A stretch of 52,538 bases of DNA, filler included, from Squatina squatina (lineage: Eukaryota), in NCBI GenBank assembly GCA_031763465.1. It is 3 parts of 3 records of this genome, joined end to end, with 100 filler letters (N's around TTAATTAATTAA, not from the genome) between each part and the next. Parts side by side here need not be neighbours in the genome. Positions count along the whole stretch, not along the records: positions 1 to 22,309 come from JARFOE010000080.1; positions 22,410 to 37,070 come from JARFOE010000120.1; 1 more part is not named here. One strand, given 5' to 3'. Below are positions 11,877 through 23,680 of the stretch, piece after piece. Every line of letters begins with the position of its first letter. Within the stretch, counting starts at the first letter, position 1. Below the pieces are notes generated by a model. It ran no database searches, was not told the DNA's origin, and saw nothing but the letters and a program-made list of their open reading frames with translations. The position numbers and the translations under genes are program-made.

Positions 11877-12520
11877 AAATCTAAAATTGACCCAAGAGGA
11901 GGAAAATGGTGAACTTCAGGTCAAGAGAAGAGTGAAGAAGAGGAGGAGGATCGGTGGCCAGCAGCAAATTCAAAACAGGGTGATGGATAAGATTGTTAAA
12001 ATTATTACTAAGGATGGAAATACTTATGGGGAATCAATTATTCAAGATGCCAAGTCTAAGCCTCGCAAAAAGACAATGAAACATAAGGAACAATCAAGCT
12101 ATTCAGTAGACCCATTACTTGAAAGTCTAGATTCCATAGACCTAGAGGACTTGCAATTTTCAAAATCCAGTTCTGTGCTTGTCAAACTGTGGAACGGAAA
12201 TATATCATCTGAGATGCTGAATCCTCGTTTACAGAAAGCTATGAAGGACTATATGAATGAAAACAGACACGGTGTGCACTTTCAAAGAAAAAGGAGGACT
12301 GAAAAGATGATTGGAGAAGAACTTCTCTGTGAGCTGAAAAACAAAGTTAAACTAAGAACCCTTGATGGGAAGGAGGCTCCATTTTCTACACCTGGATGGA
12401 AAAAACACATTCCCAAAATTCCTCTAAACAAGATCAGGATTAACTCACAGGCCTTCAGAAATTGTGCTGTAGTCGCATCTGCTGGTGCAATATTGAATTC
12501 CTCCCTTGGAAAAGAAATAG
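11877..12520 (+). CDS. ST6GAL2: ST6GAL2, remainder of first coding exon (stem and start of sialylmotif L)
   Basis: KLWNGNISSEMLNPRLQKAMKDY...LRTLDGKEAPFS...CAVVASAGAILNSSLGKEI, GTAGG donor at 12521. Confidence 0.95.
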
Positions 12521-13079
12521 GTAGGAACAGAATTTTTGACATTTAAAATGCAGTTTGTGTTATTGAGTGGAATTTTTAGTTTGCAAAGCAATAGTTTCTG
12601 TGTATAAAGAGCAAGCAGGCAATTTGAAAAATCAAAGATGGTGAAAACTATTGAAAGGACAATTTGACCGATCCTATGGTTGCATCTGTGTGTTTCTCAC
12701 TAAAACAAGTTGTATTGTCCTTCACTTTTCTCTCTTTTAATTTCTGTTCTGAATGTAATTACTCATGCTGGAATAGGATCCTTGGGTGATAATCCTCCAC
12801 TATATCGCCAAGCAACCAATCTTCTTGTGTGAGGCTGGAACATGATTGTTGGTGGGCTATTTTTCCATGGGGCCACCATGGTTGATCCCAATCCTATTTT
12901 CATCTAGTGGGCTTCTTGCAATCTGGAGCAGGAATCTTAGCTCATTCATTTCTTCTCCTTCCCAGAGGCAATCTTGAGGNNNNNNNNNNNNNNNNNNNNN
13001 NNNNNNNNNNNNNNNNNNNNNNNNNNNNNNNNNNNNNNNNNNNNNNNNNNNNNNNNNNNNNNNNNNNNNNNNNNNNNNN

Positions 13080-13178
13080 GTGCAACGGATGAACAAAGGG
13101 TTGGAAGCAGATTTATATACAAAAGGAAGGGTTGTTCTGCCCGGCTTTAATATCATGAAGTGTTCTGGAGAACAATGA
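13080..13178 (+). CDS. ST6GAL2: ST6GAL2 terminal exon, C-terminus
   Basis: VQRMNKGLEADLYTKGRVVLPGFNIMKCSGEQ* matches the ST6Gal C-terminal (G-x-VVLPGF-x4-C) pattern. Confidence 0.88.
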   Translation: MQRMNKGLEADLYTKGRVVLPGFNIMKCSGEQ

Positions 13179-15008
13179 AGCTTGTGCTGCAGAATGATTG
13201 CTGGTTATGTAGTGCAATACAGAACATGTCAGATATGCTGAAACTTAAATAAAATACTTGAAATGACTAGTTAGGACCAATTTCAGGGTAGTATCAAGTT
13301 AATGAGCCATTGAGACTACAAAACAATCCTGTTCCATCATATTGAAGCTTTTGTATTTTGTACAAATGTACCATAACACACTATACTTAAAGGATGCTAT
13401 CTAAAGTTGTCAAATTTCAGATAAAGATTTAGACCATAGACTTACAAAGGATTCCCCTTTCCTTCCATGCCATTATAACGTGCTAACAAGTTGTTGTATG
13501 AATAGGGTCTGTGAGGTTTTAAGTAAAAGTGGTTGTGAGTTTTGCTATTACATAGGTTAGGTGATAATTTAAACAATTGGAACTCTTAAGTTTAGTGGCA
13601 GTTACCACCAGAAATTACATTTTGCATTGTGGATTACTTTGCAGTAAATTGCAATCCCTTTTTTTTTCAAATACGTGACTCCTCTAATCCACTATAATAT
13701 GACAGGTAATCTGTAATTTCGTGGTAAAATAAGAGGCTGGGTTGTTTGTGCTTTATTCACATTTCTGCTCAGCTGGTAATAACAGTTGGAATTTGATATT
13801 CNNNNNNNNNNNNNNNNNNNNNNNNNNNNNNNNNNNNNNNNNNNNNNNNNNNNNNNNNNNNNNNNNNNNNNNNNNNNNNNNNNNNNNNNNNNNNNNNNNN
13901 NTGAATGGAGGTGGGATAGAAACCAGAGAGAACTGGGTGGGAGAAGGGGTAAGTTTGAATTAGTGGTGAGGAGAAAGGGGGAACAGAGATGGCTGAATGG
14001 TTTCTATCTTGGTGGCTAATAAATTCATGAGCTTAGATGGGGAGATGGCGAGGGCAGGGAAGAGGAAATTGAAGAAGCAGTTGGTTATGGGGAAAAGGGG
14101 TCTGGTTTTATCTTTGCTCTCTAGGTTGATCCTAGAATGGTGATTTTGGGGAAAGAAGGTAAGGCACAGTGGGTTTTATGTAGTTCAGCCAGATCTGATG
14201 ATCAGTTGTGCACCCCTTGGATTTAATGGTGTTTTGGACAATGAGAGCTTTATTTGCCAGGAGGGAGTAAAGAGGTTACAGAGGGAGAGGAGAGTAAATT
14301 GAAATGAATTGGACAAGTTTGCTCTGATGGGAACTGGACGGGCGTGAACCAAGAAAAGGACACGATGCAGTGTGGATTGCTGCTTTGAGACAGCCAGCTG
14401 TAGCTGCAGTGGAGAATCCTCAATTAGAGTAGAAAGAAGCTATGAGCTTGTTTTTTTTTTAAAAAAGAATCTAGTCCTGAGCTAGCAGCAGGAGTAGTAG
14501 TCAGCGGAGGAGTAGCAGTAAGTAGGTTAGCACTTGAAGCAGTATGGCTGAGAATTGGGAGGTAACTGATGAGCAGGATCAAGAAAACAAGCACTCAACA
14601 AGAGGAGGAGCGAAGGTTAGTGCAGGAGACAAAATGGACAACAACTTGCATTTATATAGCACCAAGGCCCAAGTCACAAGACAAGGCAAAAGAATGGGCA
14701 GAGCTTGAGTGCTCAAAGTGCTAAATTCTATCATTACTGCACAGCAACAAGTATGTTGGGGCTTGAAGCAGGCGGCCTTGAAATTAGGAGGTGACTGATG
14801 ACCGGTTCCTTCAATTCTGTAGAACCATTTAAAACTTCTGAAATAAAAACTGAATGGTGCGTTATTTCAGACTCCTAGTATCTGCAATATTTTGTTTTTA
14901 TTTAAAACNNNNNNNNNNNNNNNNNNNNNNNNNNNNNNNNNNNNNNNNNNNNNNNNNNNNNNNNNNNNNNNNNNNNNNNNNNNNNNNNNNNNNNNNNNNN
15001 NNNNNNNN

Positions 15009-15530
15009 GATTTGAGGGAGAATGGGACAGTATCTGAGGAGAGAGAACAGTTAACAATGTCACCTAACATGGGAGCCAGAAAAGGAAGTTGGGTAGTCAG
15101 TTTGGTGGGAAATATGTCGAGGGTGCAGGAAGTGGGTCTCAAGAACAAGATGAGTGCGGCGAGGTCATGAGGGGAGATCAAAGAGCAAATGGAAAAAGAT
15201 GTGAGTTTAGGGCTTGGGCAAGGGGGAACCTTAGGGGAATTTTGGCCCGATGGGCTAAAGGAAGGAAGGGAAGTGGCAAAGGCAGCTGAACAGATGGTTT
15301 CAATCTTGAAGTCCATGACCTCCTCACANNNNNNNNNNTCACACTTGTTGGAGGTGAGGGTAGAGAAGATGGGGGAGAGGTTTAAGAAGATGGTTAGCAG
15401 TAGAGAATAGAAGCCAGGGGTTATTTTTGCATTCCAGAATGATCCCGGAATAGTGAGCAGTTTTGGCACGAGAGCAGGACCTGATAATGCTTTATGTGGT
15501 CCAGCCAGATCTGGCAGTGAATGGCTAAAC
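15009..15530 (-). mobile_element. L2-clade LINE ORF2 fragment
   Basis: LRPTSCTLDIFPTKLTTQLPFLAPMLGDIVNCSLSSDTVP, an L2 pre-RT motif; degraded. Confidence 0.8.
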
Positions 15531-16269
15531 CAGTTGTCTGCCATATCCGTTCAAGTCTGTCAACAAGAGTGAGACAGATGTCTTAACAAAGATTAAAACA
15601 GATCCGATTAGTGGCAAACTGAAATAAAGATTCTGCTGCCTGGTCAGAACAGAGCATGTCCTGTTATATAGCCCCTCCCCAAAAGTCTTCAAAATGTTAG
15701 TAGTGTGTTGCATGCTGCAAAATTTTGCTATCCGAAAAGTCACCATACTGCAAGTGGAAGAGCAAGGCCCTGAGGAGAACAATAACAATGAACTAGAGCT
15801 GTAGCCAGTAAGACAAATCTGGGAATTTAATTAAATGTCTGTTGTGCCAGCAGAAGCATTGCTGCATACTCATTCCTAATGAACTGGCTCTCCAAGCAGT
15901 ATGCTTGCCGTTATTCTCCATGTGACTGCATTTACCATCCATTCATCTACAGAAATCTATCCCAGTAAAAATGAATTCTCAGAGCAAAGTGGAAATGTAG
16001 ATTGATCAGGTTATTGCTCCAACAGTGATTGTTCTTTAAATTAGTACTTTTTCCCTGGTGCTCGCCTTTTATGACTATGTATGTATCCTGCTTCCGAACA
16101 GTGTAGCTCCTTTGACTTTCTTGATGCTGTCTGTGTCATTCACAAGAACTTAGGTCCAGGAGAGAGCTGCTTATTAGGTATTTGCGTGAACTTAGCCATA
16201 ATTTTTATAAAGTTTTATAGTTAGTTATGCTATTTTAAATTAAAAGCTCCTTTTTTTTTAAATTTAAAG

Positions 16270-16391
16270 ATCCAGAAGTTCACCCACAACGTGAAGATTA
16301 CTGGGGCCACGTAAATCCGATTGGCCCAAGAGCCTGCTATGATGAGGGGAAAAGAGTAGCTGAAACTATGTGTTATGCTTACATGAAGCAG
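16270..16391 (+). CDS. UXS1: UDP-glucuronate decarboxylase 1 exon containing the YxxxK catalytic motif
   Basis: [45 protein letters not shown] bounded. Confidence 0.97.
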
Positions 16392-17525
16392 GTTAGTGCA
16401 TACTTCAGATATACGTTAGCTAAGCAGGAAACTAGGTTGTAATGTACTTGTTAAATTTTGAACTGGGCAGTACTCTTTAAAAGTAGAAACTTCTTTAAAC
16501 AAGTATATAGCACTTTGAGTGTGTGATAATTTGGAAGTTCTTATTTTGTATGACGAGAGTAGATTTTCTTCCTTGTTTAACNNNNNNNNNNNNNNNNNNN
16601 NNNNNNNNNNNNNNNNNNNNNNNNNNNNNNNNNNNNNNNNNNNNNNNNNNNNNNNNNNNNNNNNNNNNNNNNNNNNNNNNNNNNNNNNNNNNNNNNNNNN
16701 NNNNNNNNNNNNNNNNNNNNNNNNNNNNNNNNNNNNNNNNNNNNNNNNNNNNNNNNNNNNNNAAGATAATTTCACCTTCACAGTGATGTTCGTAGATCTT
16801 TGGCAGTGCAAAAGCCACTGGCGTTTGAAGATGTTCGACTAATATTGTAGCTATGTTCATATAGCGCCAGTGATTTCAGGAATATAAATTTGTAGACGGT
16901 TGCCAATGTGAATAGGCTAACATGTAGTTTTAAGCATTAAAGTCTTGTGACTCCTCATTTCTTCTAAACATAACTCCTTGCTTTTTCTGCATCATCTGTT
17001 ATGCTGCTTTACATCTTCGGGTGGGGAAAAGTCTTTTGCTTCAGAAATCTCAATCACCTTGTTACTGCTGGCTGAGGCAGTGTATTTGAATAATTTTAAC
17101 TAACATCCAAATTGGTGTTTTGTCACCAGTAGTAACTCAGGGTCTTGGGAGTGCACAGCCTACAGAGCACTTAAAAACTGTCTGAAGTGCCTTAAGGTTT
17201 GACACTGTGAATATAGCCCCTTTAGTTATAGTTATACTACATCCTTCAACTGTGTCATGACTCATTCAGATAGTTTTTTTTCAGGCACTTCACATTATTT
17301 TGTACATTGATCGATCTGCAATGTGATTTTCCTTGTAACAGCTGTGTTTGAAGTTATTTAGTGTCCAACGTATGAAATCATCCATAAATGAACTGATAGT
17401 CAATCCAAACAAGCTAATGTGGATTTAATTTTTTTTCTATTACTATGGTGTACTTTAATCTCATTTATTTCCTTGACAACATGTTGATTTTAAAGCACGT
17501 GATGTTCTACATCCACTTGTTGCAG

Positions 17526-17645
17526 GAAGGAGTAGAAGTTCGGGTTGCAAGAATATTCAATACATTTGGTCCTCGAATGCATATGAATGATGGCAGAGTA
17601 GTGAGTAACTTTATTCTGCAGGCTCTCCAGGGAGAAGGTCTGACG
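17526..17645 (+). CDS. UXS1: UXS1 next exon (120 nt)
   Basis: [40 protein letters not shown]; GTGAGT donor. Confidence 0.97.
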
Positions 17646-17916
17646 GTGAGTACAATTTGTCATTAATTTTCTACTTCATATTTTAAATATGAAATATGCA
17701 TTGAGCTTTGTGCTTGCACTTTAGAATATCTTATTGAATTATTGTTCTTTTCCAGGTATCTGTTGTCTTTCATAGTATAAAGATGTGTAGAAGGTACTAG
17801 GTTTCTGCTGCATTTGNNNNNNNNNNNNNNNNNNNNNNNNNNNNNNNNNNNNNNNNNNNNNNNNNNNNNNNNNNNNNNNNNNNNNNNNNNNNNNNNNNNN
17901 NNNNNNNNNNNNNNNN

Positions 17917-18080
17917 GCCATGTACTCATTATCGTTCGAGAAGGTCGCGTCATTTTTGAAGGAGAATCGGGTACGTTTCCACTGACGCAAGATGACGTTT
18001 TCCACATGCACCCTGACACGCCCCATTCTGTCACTGCAGTGGAAGATACGCAGTTTTTCTTAATTCAATACGATGAGTAA
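17917..18080 (+). CDS. 3' end of a bacterial-type cupin-domain gene (probable contaminant)
   Basis: HVLIIVREGRVIFEGESGTFPLTQDDVFHMHPDTPHSVTAVEDTQFFLIQYDE*: cupin motifs (VxxG...PxxxxHxVxA); CpG not depleted; followed by a terminator hairpin. Confidence 0.82.
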
Positions 18081-18130
18081 AGTGATCCGTACAGTCTTGA
18101 TTTGGACTGTACGGATCACTTTTGTTTATT
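18079..18130 (+). terminator. Rho-independent terminator
   Basis: Perfect stem AAAGTGATCCGTACAGTC / GACTGTACGGATCACTTT with 8-nt loop, overlapping the TAA stop and running into a T-rich tract. Confidence 0.85.
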
Positions 18131-19598
18131 ATATTTGTCATGAGACTGTTTACTCACTGCTGTGAAGGATTTCCTTATGAACCATTTCACAAGAACAGAA
18201 CTGATGAAAATGGGATTATTTATAACAAAGGGTACTACTCTAATTTTATCATTACCGTATGCATTAATCTTCAACCAGGCTGTCTAACAATGTTGTCAGG
18301 TGAGTAACACGGTGACATCTGGTCGTTGATCTGCCATGTAAGTGGTTCCTCAGCTACAAAACTTTGCTGTTCATTTTCAAGAGAGTTGTATAATTAATGT
18401 TCTGAAATTAGGGAATATATTTCTTTTTGTAAGAATCTATTTGTTATATAAGAGTTTAAAAAAAAAGGTAATCATTGCCTGAATCACAGCTACATTGTGT
18501 ATGTGCTTGGAGGGGAAGTGTATAACTCTGTTTTAGTTGTGCTGATTTAATACAGTTTTGGTGGGGCTATCATAAAAGCTATTTTTACATCATTGAGGTT
18601 TACATAAAAGAATTGTCTTTGATGTACTCAGTAATTCAAATGTCTTGTATGGTAATGTATGTGTATAGCTCCCTAAAACAATTATTAAAATCAGACATGT
18701 CCTTTTACTTACTCTGTTCAATTAAATACCTTCCCAGTTTAAATTAAAATTACAAACCCAATGATGATTGCTGTCATTCTTCTCCTTCCTTCGACCAATA
18801 AATAAAAGTAGGAATTGTAATTCCGCAGAGAAAAAAAAATCACCCAGAACACGAAGAAATTTACAGCAATTCCACACTGGCTCAGTGGATAATTGTATCT
18901 TGTGGTGTGCTGCTGAGCTGCACAGAACAGAGAGGCTCCAGCTTAATTCTCCAGTCTGCACTGTTAGATCATCTCAGCAACTGGGCAGGCCATTGCCCAT
19001 AAGCTGGGGAAGAAAATTAATCAGNNNNNNNNNNNNNNNNNNNNNNNNNNNNNNNNNNNNNNNNNNNNNNNNNNNNNNNNNNNNNNNNNNNNNNNNNNNN
19101 NNNNNNNNNNNNNNNNNNNNNNNNCGTGTGTCAGCAGAACGATCCCCTTTAAGGGCTGAGGTGGCCCGAGACCTGATAACACCTCCTTACATCAGACCAA
19201 CAATTGGTGAGCTGAAAAAACCTAAGTGTCAATAGTCCCATTAGCGCTGGTTTGGAACATAGAAAATTTCTTGGCACCACAAAACAAAACCCAAGAGGCC
19301 AATTCTGTGTCTTAAGATAATTGTCCAAAACGGGCGCTAAATTTACACCTATTAGCCCGATGTAGCCACAGACTATAAAAAGGCTAATTGAGTGCCCTAA
19401 GTTCCCAATCCTCCTCTTCAAATAGCAGAATCACAGCAAAGAGCTCAGCTGGGTTTGCCCCCTCCAGTAAGTTAATGCCTTCAGGGTAAGAGGTAGTGAG
19501 GAGAGAAAATTGTTGAGTAGTTAAAATTATATATTTAAGTTGATGATTGAGAAAATGATGTAAATGGAGTTTGACAAACAATTGTGGAGCATACTCAC

Positions 19599-19750
19599 CG
19601 CTTCAGAGTATCCCATGTTAATAAACTGCTGATACCACTGCTGAACATCATCACGAGACCTATCCCACAGTTGTCGTTTTGAACGCCTCAAACTGTTCAA
19701 AAACTCTTTAGCCTTGGATTCAGGAAATGAAACAGCCAATTTCTCATCAG
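19599..19750 (-). CDS. ECRG4: Augurin precursor exon (152 nt)
   Basis: [50 protein letters not shown] with furin site RxKR then QLWDR; GTGAGT donor; syntenic with UXS1. Confidence 0.95.
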
Positions 19751-20035
19751 CTAAAAGATGTTAAAAACAATGAAAATGTTTTTGAGCCATCCAAATTAGT
19801 AAGAATTTGCATTTAGATAGCACCTTATAACCCAAAGCACTTAATCACTGAATTACTTTTAAAGTTACGTTAACTGTTATATACACAAGTTCTATAAATG
19901 CTGTTCTACTTAAGTGCTGTACTAATATTTTGCAGNNNNNNNNNNNNNNNNNNNNNNNNNNNNNNNNNNNNNNNNNNNNNNNNNNNNNNNNNNNNNNNNN
20001 NNNNNNNNNNNNNNNNNNNNNNNNNNNNNNNNNNN

Positions 20036-20155
20036 ATCCTGGATATCCTGACCGCAAAGGGGTTGTCTGGGATGCATCCTTTCATCGGCTTCCTCCTCTT
20101 CTGCTTCTTGCTCTTCTGCGTCTTCCTCTTCCCTCTGCAAGCAGATGCTGTGAAT
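20036..20155 (-). other. Candidate purine-rich exon of an unidentified transcript
   Basis: TTTCTTTTCAG acceptor, GAAGA-rich body; truncated by a gap; no homologue recognised. Confidence 0.35.
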
Positions 20156-20766
20156 CTGAAAAGAAAGTATAAAATGCTAGAAATATTCAGCAGTTCAGGT
20201 CGCATCTCGACCTGAGACATGAAACCAGTTTCTCTCTCAATGGTTGTTGCCTGACCTGTTGAATATTTGCAGCATTTTCTGTTTTCTCAGAGGCCTTCCC
20301 TTAACATCCGAGGCCTTACAAGCATCCAGCAGCACACCCTACATATTTTAATAAGCTTTTATTGACAGTTAAAACATTTTCTTTGTGCACTTTAGGATAT
20401 CCTGTTAAACAGTTGAAGTGTTAAACAAAATTAAACAAATAACAGTGCATGCCTTAAGTGTTAAAAAAAAATGCAAGATACATAATTTTACAAAAGCATC
20501 AATGTAGCTCAAAAGTATATAGAGCTTTGAACCTTAAATTGTAGAACTTTAGGATAGCACATCTACAAATTACATTCTCTATAAATCTTCTACTGGTTCA
20601 TCAGCTTTCTAGAAAGACAGCACAATGTTCATTTCTTAGAGATAATGTCCTTTGTGAGCTAAACAAACATTTTTTTACAGTTCTATTGTAACCAAAAGAA
20701 CATTCACATTTGGACCAGCTGCAGCCTTAAACCCCTAAAATAATTTTTTGCTTCAATTCAGTTTAC

Positions 20767-20831
20767 CTTTGACAGGACAAGCGTTCTTTTCTTTCCCCTT
20801 CCAAGTGTGTGGAGAAAAACAGATATTCAGT
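20767..20831 (-). other. Candidate exon of an unidentified transcript
   Basis: CTTTTGCTGCAG acceptor and AG/GTAAAC donor; open in two frames; may splice to 20155. Confidence 0.3.
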
Positions 20832-22309
20832 CTGCAGCAAAAGAGAACAAACTGTTCCTTATTCTGTCTAGCACAGTGCAATGCAACCTAGCCGAGCAAG
20901 CTGACTCTGAAGTGAGCACTATATCGAGAGGCAGATCAAAAATTCAATAGCTGAATCAGTTAGGCGAATGATGAGTCACATAGAAAGGAACTTTTATTAG
21001 TCATCTAACAAATCCTACATTAGGAGTCTGACAACAAGCATTAAATAAGGCTGACAGAATTGGGAATGCTTTCAATTTAAACAGAATACTTTTCAAGCCG
21101 CTATAGATTGCAAACAGATGTCTGTGTGATGTGTACCATAAAGAATTTGACAATGTACCNNNNNNNNNNNNNNNNNNNNNNNNNNNNNNNNNNNNNNNNN
21201 NNNNNNNNNNNNNNNNNNNNNNNNNNNNNNNNNNNNNNNNNNNNNNNNNNNNNNNNNNNCAATGTATTGTGCCATTATTATAAATTTTTTAAAAAAGGAA
21301 CATCAAAGCACAACACTAAGTTGAACTATGATTTGTTGTTTGTTGTTTGTTTGACATACCTCATACTATGCTGAACGTTAGGAAAAATGAGACTAAGCAC
21401 TTTTACACAAGGTATCAATGGTCAATCAATCCAAAAATGTGCAGTGTGCGTGCAAACTACACAACTGCAGTACTAAAACATCAAGTTTCATCATTTCAAA
21501 AATTGACATTATCCCATTTCATGGTTACATGTGGGGTTTATCAAGCTAAAATGGCATTTTTCTTCATTACATAATAAAAGTCATAATCAGATCATGTAGT
21601 GTAAACAGAGTGTAGAAAAATTCACAAATTACACATCTAATGTCAGTAACCCCCAAAATGATCAGTTTTATTAATCTCACTTATTAGTGTCCACAACCTG
21701 CTACATATTATGGTGAGAATTAAATATGTATTGTTTACTTGAAACAAGCATAAGGGCGCAAGAAACAAGCATAATGTGAGTGGCACAGCTGAGTGCACAG
21801 GTAACATTGCCAAACATTCAGCCTCATACNNNNNNNNNNCTAGTAAGTTAAATGGCAACAGTTCCATTAGTGTACTCTTTACATGAAATTAAAAAAAGTT
21901 TATATATCAGAGTACAGTATAGAATACTTCTAGATTCTAGGAAATCTCATTAACTACTTGGTAAGCAAAAGCTACAGTATTTACTGCCACGTGTTATATC
22001 TACTTTTCTCTTAATTAGCTGTAGCTTCAGTGCATTTAATCTGTGCCCAATGTCTTTGTCAAAAGGAAAATAATTAGTGAGCATTTTTAACTGGATTAAT
22101 TAACACTGCATTTTCAAGGACAATATACCCCAATCATCCATATTTTCTAGCTAATTAAATGTACATTGGGGAAATTCTAGCCCAAGCGAGTGCTAAAGTG
22201 ATTACTGAGAAAGTGAAGAGGTTCAACCTAAACCTTTGGAAGGCAACGCAAGTTTAATAGAATTAAAGACATACAAGCAAATAAACAGGAAAAATAGATA
22301 AAATATAAA

Positions 22310-22409
22310 NNNNNNNNNNNNNNNNNNNNNNNNNNNNNNNNNNNNNNNNNNNNTTAATTAATTAANNNNNNNNNNNNNNNNNNNNNNNNNNNNNNNNNNN
22401 NNNNNNNNN
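22310..22409. other. Artificial scaffold linker
   Basis: 44 N + TTAATTAATTAA (stops in all six frames) + 44 N; gene neighbourhood changes across it. Confidence 0.97.
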
Positions 22410-23620
22410 AAGTCCAATCCCTTTTGTGATGTCTTCTTCACAACTCCCAATTCTCTGGCACTAACCCACCCAGGTATACAACCTTTTCTATCTGTTCAAC
22501 TGCATCCACTGCACCTGCAATATGTACATCTTTCTAATGCTTCCAAAATTACATGACCTTTGTCTTCTTGAGTGTTAGCCAGTGGCTCAGTTAGTAGCAC
22601 CCTCAGCTCTGGGTCAGAAGGTTATGGCTTCAAACGCCCACTCCAGAGATATGAGCACAAAATCTCAACTAACACTCCAGTGCAGTACTGAAAGAGTGCT
22701 GCACTNNNNNNNNNNTGCTATCTTTCAGATGAGATGTTAAAATGAGGCCCTGTCTACTCTCTCAGGTGGATGTAAAAGATCCTATGGCACTATTTCAATG
22801 AAGAGCTCTCCCCAGTGTCCTGGCAAATATTTATCCCTCAATCGACATCATTAAAACAGATTATCTGGTCAATACCACATTGCTGTTTGTGGGACCTTGC
22901 GATGTGCAAATTGGCTGCTGTGTTTCCTGCATTCCAAGAATGACTACACTTCAGAAATATTTGTGAAATCATTGACTGTCAAATGCTTTGGGACATCCTG
23001 AGATTGTAAAAGGTGCTATATGCATGCAAGTCTTTCTTTTTCTTAATCTGTAATCTAAATTTCCTACCCTCCACTCCTCCATTAGTCTTTGCAAATCTGT
23101 TTTCAATGTTGCTATAAGATCAACGCCATCAGAAAATCTGAGATTGTTTAAAATGTTGCCATATGCGGGTGTTCCTCCAACATCATCATTTAATGCAAGA
23201 TTCATCATTGTTTCCAGTACTAGATTAAATAAATCAGGCGACAGTGTGCATTCTCATCTCACCCCAACTGTTGATCTAAACCATTCTGTCAGTTTATTAT
23301 CCACTCTAATGGTACTCAGGGACTTGTCATAGAGGTTTGCTATCAGTGTGACATTTTCTCAGGAACACCATACGTCCTCCAGACGTGCCATATCCCTTCT
23401 CACCATACACTGTCAAATGCCTTCTTAAAATATATGAAGTTGTTGTAACAATAGATGTTATGTTCTATAAACGTCTCCAAAATCTGACTCATCACAAGCA
23501 GTTGATTTAACTTGCGTCATCCTGGTCTAAAACCAGCTTGTTCTTCATGTAGTATCTCTTCTTCATATCTTTTCATTCTCCTCCGCAGTGTCTCAGTAAG
23601 ATACTTCTTTATTTATTCAG
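22410..23620 (-). mobile_element. Degraded RTE-type LINE reverse transcriptase, split by a SINE at 22572-23041
   Basis: FIYFKKAFDSVW...TEWFRSTVGVR...LSPDLFNLVLE...NNLRFSDGVDLI (FADD-like); resumes after the SINE with KKTKVM...VEQIEKVVYLG. Confidence 0.85.
22572..23041 (+). mobile_element. Near full-length Deu-domain SINE (SacSINE1-like)
   Basis: tRNA-like head with A/B-box-like motifs, Deu-like core CTTTCAGATGAGATGTTAAA..GAGGCCCTG..AAAGATCCTATGGCACTATTTC..GTGTCCTGGCAAAT, and tail AAAGGTGCTATATGCATGCAAGTCTTTCTT. Confidence 0.85.
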
Positions 23621-23680
23621 TGAGCTGATTCCTCTCTAATTGCTGCATTCACTCTTGTCTCCTTTTTTGAAGATTGGATA

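Noticed and set aside
22572-22650. tRNA gene
   Set aside because: It is the tRNA-derived head of a SINE and continues into the SINE body
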